IMG/VR virus record: IMGVR_UViG_2816332632_000001
Coordinates: 11,200 to 75,199 of that record
Source of the DNA: a virus
Lineage: Duplodnaviria; Caudoviricetes
Direction: 5' to 3' (one strand)
DNA: 64,000 nt
A program made the position numbers and the translations under genes. Shown here piece after piece: positions 1 to 9,800 of the stretch (its first letter is position 1; each line of letters starts with the position of its first letter). The notes below the pieces were generated by a model, which searched no databases, had not been told where the DNA came from, and was given only the letters and a program-made list of their open reading frames with translations.

Positions 1-1050
1 GTCGCGAGCGGTCAGACCTTCGCCGTCGAGCGCCGTGGCCACGGTCTTGCGGAAGCCGTGCGACTTGAATCCTTCCATGCCGAGGCGGTCGCGGTTCGCG
101 CGCCAGTCGGCTCCCGTGTTGGACGGGTCGCGCAGCTTCCCCAGCATCGACGGGAACACGAGGTCGAGCTCATTCTTCGGCATCCGCTCGCGTCGCTTGC
201 GCAACAGGTCCATGACTCGCTGCGGTGCAACCACGGTGCGCCAGCGATCGTCATCGTCGCGACGTCCCTTCGCCGGCTCCCAGATGATGAGCCCCTTGCC
301 CTTGATTCGCGAGACGGAAGGGCCGAGGGTGATCGTGCCAGCCTCGAAGTCGACGAAGCTCCAGCGCAGGGCGCACGCCTCGCCGATGCGGCAGCCGACG
401 AACGACATGAACTCCCAGAGGTCAGCAAGGTCAAGCCGCTGCATCTCGGGGTCGCTGCGCAGGCGCGCGATGAGCTCAGGCACGGAGTCGACCTTGAGCG
501 CCTTTGCCGCCTTGCTCGGGCCGTCCTTTCGGATGCCCTGGATGCCGTCGACCGGGTTCGCTGGCAGAACATCGGCGCGGACGGCCATCCCCAGCATCCC
601 GGAGAGGACGGAGCGGCAGCCTTTCGCGGAGCCGTGGCCGTGCTCCTTCGAGACAGTCGTGATGAACGCTTGGAGGCGGCCGACGGTGGCCTCGCCGACC
701 GTGAGGCTGCCGATGCGCGGGACGACGATCTTCTGGATGTTGTGCTCGTAGGTGTCGATGGAGCGCGGGGCGAGGTTCGCGTCACGCTTCGACTGGAGGA
801 AGGCTTCGGCCAGGTCCGCCAGCTTTGTCGACTTCGACAGGGCGCCACCCGAGGAGATCGGCACCTGGATCTTCGTGAGTGCATCCTTCAACACGTTCTC
901 CGCCTTGCCCTTGGTCGGGCCGAAGCGTTGAACCTGCCGCGAGCGGCCGTCCGAGAATCGGTAGAGGGTGCGCGCGCGCCACTTCCCCTTCTCGATCTCG
1001 TCGAGCTTGATCGTGCCGTATGCGCCAACCGGCGTGCGTGGTCGCCCCAC
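1..1050 (-). CDS. int: Tyrosine integrase (3' end beyond window)
   Basis: Manual translation, not in ORF track: GTG at 1050 after GGAGG, MGRPRTPVGAYGTIKLDEIEKGKWRAR...; near position 60 FKSHGFRKTVAT (HxxR motif). Confidence 0.95.
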   Translation of the reverse strand, partial: MGRPRTPVGAYGTIKLDEIEKGKWRARTLYRFSDGRSRQVQRFGPTKGKAENVLKDALTKIQVPISSGGALSKSTKLADLAEAFLQSKRDANLAPRSIDTYEHNIQKIVVPRIGSLTVGEATVGRLQAFITTVSKEHGHGSAKGCRSVLSGMLGMAVRADVLPANPVDGIQGIRKDGPSKAAKALKVDSVPELIARLRSDPEMQRLDLADLWEFMSFVGCRIGEACALRWSFVDFEAGTITLGPSVSRIKGKGLIIWEPAKGRRDDDDRWRTVVAPQRVMDLLRKRRERMPKNELDLVFPSMLGKLRDPSNTGADWRANRDRLGMEGFKSHGFRKTVATALDGEGLTARD

Positions 1051-1090
1051 GAAATCCTCCATTCAAAGTAAGTACAGGAAGACGCTAGCA

Positions 1091-1126
1091 GATTAGCTGC
1101 CTAATCCGGTAGGCTTAGCTAGCTAA
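1091..1126. promoter_or_regulatory. Tandem palindromic operator sites between divergent int and xis
   Basis: GATTAGCTGCCTAATC (1091-1106) and TTAGCTAGCTAA (1115-1126). Confidence 0.7.
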
Positions 1127-1146
1127 TTCCAAACGAAGGAGGATTC

Positions 1147-1335
1147 ATGAGAAACACGCTCGACATCGGCCAGGTCGCATCGAAGCTCGGGCTGGCGGTG
1201 CAGACGCTCTACCGCTGGCGCTCCGAGGGCCACGACATGCCCAAGGGCTTCACCATCGGCAACCGCCTCCGCTGGTACGAAGACGTCGTCGACGCCTGGA
1301 TCGAAGAGCAGTCCGAGAAGGCGGTCGCGGCATGA
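1147..1335 (+). CDS. xis: Excisionase / AlpA-MerR-type HTH protein
   Basis: 62 aa, VASKLGLAVQTLYRWR HTH, strong SD, divergent from int. Confidence 0.85.
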   Translation: MRNTLDIGQVASKLGLAVQTLYRWRSEGHDMPKGFTIGNRLRWYEDVVDAWIEEQSEKAVAA

Positions 1336-1466
1336 GCGCGTGGACCGACCCCTGCCCATACGGACTTCCGGCTCACGACTTCGAGCCGCTGCGCGAGCTC
1401 CAGAAGTTCTACGTAGGCAACACCATGAAGGTGGCCATCTGCCGGAAGTGCGGGATTGCGCGATGA
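1332..1466 (+). CDS. Small Cys/His protein (44 aa)
   Basis: ATGA overlaps at both ends; MSAWTDPCPYG...CRKCGIAR. Confidence 0.55.
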   Translation: MSAWTDPCPYGLPAHDFEPLRELQKFYVGNTMKVAICRKCGIAR

Positions 1467-1795
1467 GCAGCCTCATGGAGCACATCGAGCGCGCGCTCCG
1501 GCCGTCAGAGAAGACGTGGACAATCACCTTCGACGACAGCCCGGCGCTCCGAGACCTCTACGACTGGGTGGATCGCGAGTTACGGGCGGACAGTGACCTC
1601 ATCGAGCAAGATCTGCTTTCGCTCCCCGGGGTGCACCGTGGACTCACTGCGGCCGAGGCGGAGGAAATGGGTCTCATGATCGTGCGACAGCGCCCGCCGC
1701 ACGACCCCACATCGAGCGTGTACCGCGGAATCTGGGCGCATGGTACGCCACTGATCGACCACCACCCGGAATGGGGCGAGGTGCGCGGATGGTGA
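1463..1795 (+). CDS. Hypothetical protein
   Basis: ATGA-coupled start, phage-like codon usage. Confidence 0.6.
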   Translation: MSSLMEHIERALRPSEKTWTITFDDSPALRDLYDWVDRELRADSDLIEQDLLSLPGVHRGLTAAEAEEMGLMIVRQRPPHDPTSSVYRGIWAHGTPLIDHHPEWGEVRGW

Positions 1796-1921
1796 GTCGA
1801 ATCGAGGATGGCCTCGACATTGAGCCAAGTCTCCGATGCCGCGGCTGTGGGGCGGGGATTCGCATGGCGAATCTCGTGTGGGGGGACTGCATCAACCCCT
1901 ACTGCATGGAGGGTGATCCCA

Positions 1922-2218
1922 TTGGGCGCGAGTAGACCGAGCAACAACGATCCTCGCGGCAGCGCCGAGTCCCGACGGCAGCGCAAGATCTTCCTGCTCG
2001 CGACGTTCGGTGACGGCTACACGGCGCCGTGCGCGTTCTGCGGGTTCGAGCTCGACTTCTGGACGATCACCGCCGACCGGTTCCCGATACTCGGGGCGGA
2101 CGGCGGCAGCTACCGTCGCGACAACATTCGGCCGGCGTGCCTCCACTGCAACTCGAGCGAGGGTGCGAAGGAGGGCGCTCGGCGACGGCTCCTGCGAGTA
2201 GGGGTGGTGGCGGCATGA
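1922..2218 (+). CDS. HNH endonuclease
   Basis: CAFC...DR..P...GGSY...NIRPACLHCN; start uncertain. Confidence 0.85.
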   Translation: MGASRPSNNDPRGSAESRRQRKIFLLATFGDGYTAPCAFCGFELDFWTITADRFPILGADGGSYRRDNIRPACLHCNSSEGAKEGARRRLLRVGVVAA

Positions 2219-2664
2219 ACCTTCGAGATCGACTCCTTCGCCGGAGGAGCATCGTTCCCGAAACCGGCTGCTGGGAGTGGGATGGCTTCAGGCGCCCCGA
2301 CGGGTACGTGCAGATCAAGGTCAAGGGAGCCAACGAGTACATTCATCGCATCGCGCACGAGGTGTTCATCGGCCCCATACCCGATGGCTTCGACGTCGAT
2401 CACACCTGCTTCAATCCGCCATGCTTCAACCCGGAGCACTTGGAGTCCGTGACGCCGGAGGAGAACCTGCGGAGGGCTTGGTCGAGGCTGCGCAAGGTGG
2501 TGCGGGACAACGGGCGAACCGGCTTTCGCGCGAGCCACTGTAAGCGAGGACACGAACTCAACGAAGCAACCACCTACTCCGCATTCAACGCCAAGCGGGG
2601 CACGGCGTACCGTCGGTGCATCGAGTGTCGCAGGGGCAGGGAAGGGGTGCCATTAGCCAGCTAA
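2215..2664 (+). CDS. HNH endonuclease (HNH_3-like)
   Basis: GCWEWDG...HRIAHE...DHTCFNPPCFNPEHLESVT..EN; C-terminal CKRGH/CIEC zinc motif. Confidence 0.9.
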   Translation: MNLRDRLLRRRSIVPETGCWEWDGFRRPDGYVQIKVKGANEYIHRIAHEVFIGPIPDGFDVDHTCFNPPCFNPEHLESVTPEENLRRAWSRLRKVVRDNGRTGFRASHCKRGHELNEATTYSAFNAKRGTAYRRCIECRRGREGVPLAS

Positions 2665-2673
2665 ACTTAGAGG

Positions 2674-3069
2674 ATGAGCCTCCCCCGCCGTAAAGCGATT
2701 GACGACTGGTCGTCAGAGATCGAAGAGGCCGCTGCAACGAAGCGGAAGGGGAAGATCGTCGTCTACAAGGACCGCGCCGTGCTGATCCCCGAGCGCGCCG
2801 CGCGCATTCAGCACGTTCGGGCGACGACTGAGTTCGCGACAAGCACCGAGTGGAACACGAAGCGCTTCTACCGGTTCCAGATCTCGCTCCAGCCGAACGA
2901 TCCCCCCATCCCCGCCGGAAGCATCATCCGCGTCACCGACGGCGGCAAGGACCACACACTCATCCTCTACGTGTTCGAGGTGCTCAGCGCAGCCAACTCG
3001 TCGGAGGCCGCGCTCCGCACCATCGAAACGGTCACCTCGCTCAAGCCCGCTCCGCCGGTCACGCCGTGA
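2674..3069 (+). CDS. Putative head-to-tail stopper/adaptor
   Basis: Position before tail completion genes, size; leaderless promoter TAAACT-6nt-ATG. Confidence 0.55.
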   Translation: MSLPRRKAIDDWSSEIEEAAATKRKGKIVVYKDRAVLIPERAARIQHVRATTEFATSTEWNTKRFYRFQISLQPNDPPIPAGSIIRVTDGGKDHTLILYVFEVLSAANSSEAALRTIETVTSLKPAPPVTP

Positions 3070-3515
3070 AGTGGAGCAATGGTGGGCTGCCCTCAATCAG
3101 GTCCAGCATCGAGCTCCGCGAGAAGAAGCTGCGTGAGGGCGCTGAGGACATTGTCAGGGAGACGGTTCACGAAGCCGAGATAGAGCAGCGACGGATCATC
3201 GAGACGGCAGTGACCGAAACGGGCCGACGGAGGGTGGCGACCGGTGGCCGCTCCAGCGCTCACGGCTCCATCTCGCCGGGCCGCATTGACTCCGGCCTCA
3301 TGATCAACAGCACCGGCACGAGCGCCACCGCGGACGGCGGCGAGGTCGTCGGCCGATGGGGCTGGTTTGACCCCGAGGAGTACTTCGAGATCCAGGAGTG
3401 GGGCAGCGACCGCATCCAGGCGATGCACTCCCTCTTCCTCTCGTGGATTCGCGCCCGCGGCCGACTCGCAAAGCGCATCAACAAGCTCGTACGAACAGGA
3501 TCGGCAGGTAGCTAA
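3066..3515 (+). CDS. HK97 gp10-like tail completion protein
   Basis: PGRIDSGLMINS...YFEIQEWGS..IQAMH pattern; synteny. Confidence 0.6.
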   Translation: MKWSNGGLPSIRSSIELREKKLREGAEDIVRETVHEAEIEQRRIIETAVTETGRRRVATGGRSSAHGSISPGRIDSGLMINSTGTSATADGGEVVGRWGWFDPEEYFEIQEWGSDRIQAMHSLFLSWIRARGRLAKRINKLVRTGSAGS

Positions 3516-3943
3516 TGGCTGACAACTTTGACGGGACGGCCGAGATCGCCGCCGTCCTCGCCCGCATCGACGACATCGCCCCAGGAGGCGTCGAGTCCGT
3601 GCTCCGCGACGACGACGACGCCCCGATCGACGCTTTCGGCGACCTCGTCCCGTACGTCGTCGCCCTCTTCGGTGACACAGAGCGCCTGGGGCGCGACGAG
3701 ACGCTAGTGGAGATTGCCGCGCAGCCGTTCGTGCTTCCCTTCACCCTCGTGTTCTTCGCCTCGAGCGCCGAGCAGATTCGGGACATGCGCGCCGAGGTCA
3801 AGCGCCGATTCATCGACTGGCGGCCGACCGCGACCTCCGACAGCATCCAGACCGCGGGCGGCACGCTCCCCGTCCTGGACGGCAAGAACAAGCCGAGCCG
3901 GGTGCAGGCCACCTCGCACTACATGGTGGACGTCAACCTCTAA
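3515..3943 (+). CDS. Tail terminator
   Basis: PYVV motif, 142 aa, precedes major tail genes. Confidence 0.6.
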   Translation: MADNFDGTAEIAAVLARIDDIAPGGVESVLRDDDDAPIDAFGDLVPYVVALFGDTERLGRDETLVEIAAQPFVLPFTLVFFASSAEQIRDMRAEVKRRFIDWRPTATSDSIQTAGGTLPVLDGKNKPSRVQATSHYMVDVNL

Positions 3944-3981
3944 CCTGGGAGTTAGCTGGGAATACGCCGTAGACTAGGTGT

Positions 3982-4194
3982 ATGTCTCAGGCTAAGCACG
4001 TCTACCGCAACGTCGAAAACGGCCGCGAGGGCGTCCTCACCGAGGACCAGGCTCGCATCTGGCCCGACCTCCTGGTTCGCGTGGATGACACCGCCGAGCC
4101 GCCCGCGCCCGAGGAGGCCCCGACTCCGGTTGGCATCCTCTCTGTTGGCGCGAGTGAGGCACAGTCTCCCGCCCGCACCAAGAAGAAGGACTAA
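3982..4194 (+). CDS. Hypothetical protein
   Basis: Leaderless promoter TAGACT-6nt-ATG. Confidence 0.65.
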   Translation: MSQAKHVYRNVENGREGVLTEDQARIWPDLLVRVDDTAEPPAPEEAPTPVGILSVGASEAQSPARTKKKD

Positions 4195-4197
4195 CCG

Positions 4198-4791
4198 ATG
4201 GCAGATCGCCTCCTGCGTGCACACCGGACGATCCTCCTGGTTCCCGTAGTCGAGGTGGGCGGAGAGCCCTTCATCCTCGGCGGGACCAAGACGGCTCCGA
4301 AGGTGTCCCCGCTCTACAACCCCGACAAAGACATCCTCAACACCTGGCTCGCCGTCCAGAGCGACACCCACGCGCTCGCCGGCATCGGTGGCAACGTCTC
4401 CCGCGCCACGCTCGACGACGTCGACCTCGGCCTCGCCGACTCGGACACCGAGAAGGAGCTCGTCATCACCTCCCGCGGAAACGAGGAGGCGATCACGCTC
4501 TTCAATGTGGACGCCAAGTTCGTGTTCCTGCGCGACGAGGACGAGTTCGCGACCGGCGTGTTCAACATGGCTCGCAACCTCACCATCGGCCCCGACCGTC
4601 GCTACGCGATCGTCGACCGCGCCGTGGGCGAGTACACCGCCAACGACCCGTTCGACACCGGCCAGGTCATCTCGCTCTACGACGTCAACACCGACAACGC
4701 CATCGACTCCACGGACGACAAGGCATCCATCAAGCTCAACCAGAACTTCGTCGGCACCGGCGAGGTCGCGATCAACGTCGACGTGGCGTAA
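4198..4791 (+). CDS. Major tail (tube) protein-like 1
   Basis: Synteny; resembles next ORF (AIVDR/WIVDR, GEVAINV/GDVFPQQV). Confidence 0.65.
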   Translation: MADRLLRAHRTILLVPVVEVGGEPFILGGTKTAPKVSPLYNPDKDILNTWLAVQSDTHALAGIGGNVSRATLDDVDLGLADSDTEKELVITSRGNEEAITLFNVDAKFVFLRDEDEFATGVFNMARNLTIGPDRRYAIVDRAVGEYTANDPFDTGQVISLYDVNTDNAIDSTDDKASIKLNQNFVGTGEVAINVDVA

Positions 4792-4803
4792 GGAGTATCG
4801 AAA

Positions 4804-5580
4804 ATGGCAGACACCCGCGTCTACTCGAACAAGCGAAGGACCGTCTGGGCCGCGCTCGAGGAGGCTCACCCGTTCACGGACGAGGAAGCCGTCACCGACG
4901 ACGAGATCAACAACAACATGCTCAACATCTCGGGCGTGGTGAAGTGGGACTCGAGCGACCTCTCTGTTCAGGAGTCCGACCAGATCGACGACCGAGTCCT
5001 CACCGACTCGGCTGGCGCTCAGCGTCGCGGCTTCACTCAGTTCGGCGGCGGCCTGAACCTCCTCACCCCGCGAGACATGGACAACATCGTCGATGCGGCA
5101 GTGAAGGCGTTCGCGCTGTTCCGCACGCCACGCACGGTGCTGTGGATCGTCGACCGGCCGCTGTACCTCAACAACACCCCTGCGCTTCCCGGCCAGCGCG
5201 TCAACGTGTACCGCGTGGCCGTCGACGCCCAGAAGAACCAGACCTCCGGCGACACGAGCTACTCGTACACCGTCAAGCTGGTCCCGCAGGGCGACGTGTT
5301 CCCACAGCAGGTCATCGCGGACACCACGCCAGCGAAGGTCATCGTCACCGGTCACACGGCGTCGCTCAGCCTCGCCACGAAGCCCTACACGTGGGGCGTG
5401 GCGAAGCTTTCTGGCGCGACTGTCACCAACCAGGCCACCTGGAAGTCGAGCGCGCCGGACGTCGCATCCGTCGACAACCGTGGGCTCGTCACCGCCCTCA
5501 AGGTCGGCACCGCGTCGATCACGGCCACGTACCCCGGCGCCGCGGCGTCGGACCCTGTGGAGATCGAGGTCGCGGCGTAA
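4804..5580 (+). CDS. Major tail protein with C-terminal Ig-like (Big_2) domain
   Basis: ATWKSSAPDVASVDNRGLVTALKVGTASITATY Big_2 signature. Confidence 0.8.
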   Translation: MADTRVYSNKRRTVWAALEEAHPFTDEEAVTDDEINNNMLNISGVVKWDSSDLSVQESDQIDDRVLTDSAGAQRRGFTQFGGGLNLLTPRDMDNIVDAAVKAFALFRTPRTVLWIVDRPLYLNNTPALPGQRVNVYRVAVDAQKNQTSGDTSYSYTVKLVPQGDVFPQQVIADTTPAKVIVTGHTASLSLATKPYTWGVAKLSGATVTNQATWKSSAPDVASVDNRGLVTALKVGTASITATYPGAAASDPVEIEVAA

Positions 5581-5589
5581 ACCCATCGG

Positions 5590-5627
5590 AAAAGGCCCCA
5601 CTCCCATTTCGGGAAGTGGGGCCTTTT
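5590..5627 (+). terminator. Rho-independent terminator
   Basis: AAAAGGCCCCACT...AGTGGGGCCTTTT hairpin. Confidence 0.85.
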
Positions 5628-5693
5628 AGTTAGCTAAACTGGACAGTGGAGGCGGCCAATCGGCCGACCGGAGGCTTACAGAAGGAGTGTGCA

Positions 5694-6365
5694 TTGGCAA
5701 AGTCATCAGCGGCGAAGATTTCCGTGGAAGAAGACGAGATCAACGAGACCATCGAGGAGGCGCGCGGCTCATTCAACCTCACCGACAGGCTCATGAACCG
5801 CCCAATGCTGCACGATGTGGTCACCGTGTTCACCGACGAGGTCTCCGGCAAGAAGCTCGGCGGCAGCGAGGTCATCACGAACCAGTTCGGCGTGCCCACC
5901 TCGACGCGGCGCTGGGGCATCCTCGGGGAGATCCACGAGCTCGAGCAGGCACCCGAAGAGGAGCGCGACACCAAGGCCATCGCCAAGCTCAAGCGCGAAG
6001 CGAAGGCACTGCACGCCACGCTCGACAAGTCCGCGCTCACGTTCACGCTGCGCGCCCTGCCCGAGATCGTGGTCAAGGATCTCCGCCGGAAGTCCAAGAA
6101 GTCCCTCAAGATCAAGGGTGCTATCCCGCAGGAGCGGCTCGAGGAGTTCTCCGAGGACTTCACCGCGCGCCTCCTGGTCGACTCGGTCGAGTCATTCAAG
6201 GACCACGAGTCCGGCGAGACGTACAGCAGGATCTCGTACAACGAGGCGCGCGCTCTCGACGGCTTCCTGCCGAAGAGCGAGTACAAGAAGCTCGACATGG
6301 CGCTCAACGACCTCCAGTTCAAGAGCCAGATCTCCGAGGCGGTCACCGCAGACGCGGATTTCTAG
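5694..6365 (+). CDS. Tail assembly chaperone (G)
   Basis: TTG start after AAGGAG; between major tail and tape measure genes. Confidence 0.8.
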   Translation: MAKSSAAKISVEEDEINETIEEARGSFNLTDRLMNRPMLHDVVTVFTDEVSGKKLGGSEVITNQFGVPTSTRRWGILGEIHELEQAPEEERDTKAIAKLKREAKALHATLDKSALTFTLRALPEIVVKDLRRKSKKSLKIKGAIPQERLEEFSEDFTARLLVDSVESFKDHESGETYSRISYNEARALDGFLPKSEYKKLDMALNDLQFKSQISEAVTADADF

Positions 6366-6793
6366 CCGAGTACCTGGCCTCGAAAAAAGGGGCCAGGTAC
6401 GCCTACCTGATCAAGACGGCCATCGCGTTCGGGGTGCGCCCCTCTGCGATGATCCTCGGCACCGACTCGAACAAGCCGTGGGGCAAGTGGGATCTCCTGC
6501 TCGCTGAGGCGTACCAGATCTTCCTCGACGAGTGTTGCAAGCAGTGCGGCCTCCCGAAGTACATGTGCCACAGCGAAGACCCCGACATGCAGTTCGTGGT
6601 GGAGACGGACGTGTGTGAGGCGAAGAAGGCTGTCGCACTGTACGAGAAGAACCACAGCGGCAAGAACGGCTACGAGGCTCCCGCCGGTACACAGCTAATC
6701 CCCCGCCCCATCATGGCCGACCCCGAGCGTGACTTCTCGGACCTGCGCACCCCGTTCTACGAGCAGGAAGCCGCCCGACTCTCCGATTCCTGA
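6356..6793 (+). CDS. Tail assembly chaperone GT extension via -1 frameshift
   Basis: Slippery G GAT TTC (6356-6362) just before TAG; -1 frame open to 6793 (FLAEYLASKKG...). Confidence 0.75.
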   Translation, partial: GFLAEYLASKKGARYAYLIKTAIAFGVRPSAMILGTDSNKPWGKWDLLLAEAYQIFLDECCKQCGLPKYMCHSEDPDMQFVVETDVCEAKKAVALYEKNHSGKNGYEAPAGTQLIPRPIMADPERDFSDLRTPFYEQEAARLSDS

Positions 6794-6858
6794 AAGTTAC
6801 CTGGGAACTCGCTGATAGAATCGTGATTGTCCACGTTTCTGAGAGTTAGGCGGCTTCC

Positions 6859-9800
6859 TTGTCGGACGACATGCGGACCGAAGCCGAAATCCGGCTCAAG
6901 GTCGCGTCAGATGGCGTCGACAAGGCGATGGACGAACTCGCCGGGCTGGACGGCCAGGGCGAGAAAGTAACGCGCACACTCCTCTCCGCACGCAAGGCGC
7001 TCAAAGAGCTCAGCGACGAAGCAGGGACCGGATCTGCTCAGCTTTCCGGCTACGCCGACGGCTTCGGCAAGCTCGTCACGAAGCTCAATGCCTTCAAGAA
7101 GGCCAAGCGGGACGCCGCGCAAACCTCCGTCGTCAACGGCTCCACCGACGGCACCGACCGCGCGGCACTGGAGAAGCTCTCCACCGCCGAACTCGAGCAC
7201 TACATCGCCATCGACGACGCCCGCGGCCAGAACGCCGTGTCGGTTGCCCGTCAGATCGTCGCGCAGCGGCAGCGTGAGACCAGCGAATCCGAGCGCCTGC
7301 GCACGCAGGAAGACCGGATCTACAACCAGCTTCTCTCGGAGCAGACGGCCGCGCGCAAGAAGGCGACGGACTCTGCAATCGCCGAGATCGAGCGCGAGCA
7401 CCGCGCCTACGTTGCGGCGTACTCCGGTGAGTTCAACAACGCCTCACAGCAGAGCGCTGCCGCATCCGCCGCGCAGCAGGACCGCCGCTACGCCGTCCCC
7501 ACCCCAGCCTCCAGGAACACAGCCAACCCGTACGACAAAGCCGCCGCCCAGTCGCAGTACGCCGCCCAGTCAACCCGCGACTACTCGAACTCGCTCAAGG
7601 CTCAGGCCGAGGCGCACAACAAGGTCGTCAACGCCGCGCACGCCGAGGCTCTCGAAGAGGACAAGCTGCGCCGCACGCGCGACGCCGGCACAACCTCCCT
7701 GATCGCCCAGCGGTACGCGCTCTACGACGTCGCCACCACCTACGGCATCGTGGGCGCCGCCATGACTGCCGTGGCGGCCGGGACCATCAAGGCGTCCGCA
7801 GACTACGAGAGCGCCTTCACCAACGTCGAGCGCACGACCATCGACTCCAGCGGCAACGTCTCGCAGGCGGTCGAAGACCTCAAGCAGCAGTTCGTCGACC
7901 TGTCCACCCAGATTCCCGTCTCCTTCGAGGATCTCACCAGCATCGCCTCGCTCGGTGCGCAGCTTGGCATTCCCGAGGCCGCACTCGAGTCGTTCACCAC
8001 CACGGTCGCGCAGTTCTCCGCCGTCACCAACGTCACCGTCGACGAGGCATCCAAGTCGTTCGGTGCCCTCGGCTCCCTCATGAAGGTGCCCGCCGACCAG
8101 TTCAACAACCTCGGATCCTCGATCGCCCAGGTAGGTGTGAACTCTGTGGCGACGGAGTCGGAGATCCTCTCCGTCGCGCAGCAGATCGCCTCCTACACGA
8201 CCCTCGCGGGCTACTCGGCGCAGGCGACTATCGGACTGTCGGGCGCGCTCGCATCGCTGCGCGTTCCGCCGGAGCAGGCGCGTTCCGCGATCCAGTCGCT
8301 CTTCAACACCATCAACAACGCCACTGCCAAGGGCGGCCCGGAGCTCGACAACTTCGCCAAGGTGCTCGGCCTCACCGCCGACCAGGCGCGCGACCTGTTC
8401 TCCACGAACCCCGACGAGTTCGTGAACCGCTTCGTCGACTCCCTCTCGCACCTGAACTCGCAGCAGCTTACGCTCACGCTCGACGCGCTCGGCCTGTCCG
8501 AAAAGCGCGTCTCCACTGTCATCACGAAGCTCGCGGGCAACACCGACGTCCTCAAGCAGGCGCAGAACGACGCAAACCAGGCGTGGGCGAGCGGCACCTT
8601 CCTCACCAACGCCTACGGGCTCGTCGCCGACGATCTCAACTCCAAGCTGGCCGAACTTGGCTCCGCCGTTAGTGGGCTAATCGCGTCGCTCGGGCAGAGC
8701 GGCACGCAGCTTGCGCCCCTCATCGACGGCCTGATCGACGTCGTCAATTGGCTCCGCCAGATCGCCAACGACCCGTCCGCACAGGTCTTCATCCGTCTCG
8801 GCCTGGAGATCACCGCTATCGTCGGCGTCTTCGCCACGTTCAAGGCCGCCAGCGCCCTCGCAACCGCCTCCACCTACGCCCTCGTCACCGCCAACGAGGC
8901 GCTCGCGGGCAAGGGTATCCAGGGCGGCATCCGCGGCCTGGCGACATCCATGCTCGGCCTCGGTAACGCCGCGCGCACCGCAGAGGTGGGCACGAAGGGC
9001 GCCGCCGCCGGAGCCACGGTCGCGGGGGCCGTCGCTGGCGGCGCTGCGCCCAAGGTGAACATGCTGAGCGCCGCGCTGCGCGGACTCGGCCGGGCCACCG
9101 TCATTCTCGCCCTGCTCCAGGCCGCCACCGAACTCGTCTTCAACTTCGGCGGGTCCATGAAGTGGCTCGCAGGCATCTTCGGCTTCCTGCGCGACGGCTT
9201 CAACGGGGCCATCCAGGGCGTCGTCGACTTCATCAACACCATCGTCGCGGGCATGGGTCCGCTCGGCCAGTTCATCGGCCTCATGGCGCGCGTCGTCGGC
9301 GGCATGAACAAGAAGATGAACAACGACTGGGTCAACGGGTTCAGCGACTGGGCGGACAGCCTCGACACAACGACGGATGCGTCCGGCTCGCTCGACGACT
9401 CCCTCTACGGCCTCAACGACACGATGGGCGACACCGAGACGGGCTTCGACGGGCTCGGCGACTCGGCCGGCGGAGCGGCAGAGCAGATCCGCACCCTCGA
9501 GGACTACGCCAACGACCTCTCCACCGTGTTCAAGCGCGCCTTCGACATCCGCTTCGGCGGCGAGCAGGCACTCGACACAATCACGAGCGGCTGGCAGAAG
9601 ATCGCACAGGCATCCGCAGACGCCCGCGCCGAGATGGAGAAGGCCAACGCCACCCTCGCTCAGCTTGCGGCCGACAAGTCGATCAACGAGTACTGGCTCT
9701 CCGTCGCCACCGCCTACGGCGACACCCTCCGCGCATCCAAGATCCAGGCCGACCTCGCCAAGAACGCCACCGACACCAAGGCGGCGCAGGACGAACTCAC

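Noticed and set aside
12-1071. ORF-track ORFs 12-884, 35-751 and 58-1071
   Set aside because: Shadow frames of the integrase, whose true frame runs off the window edge
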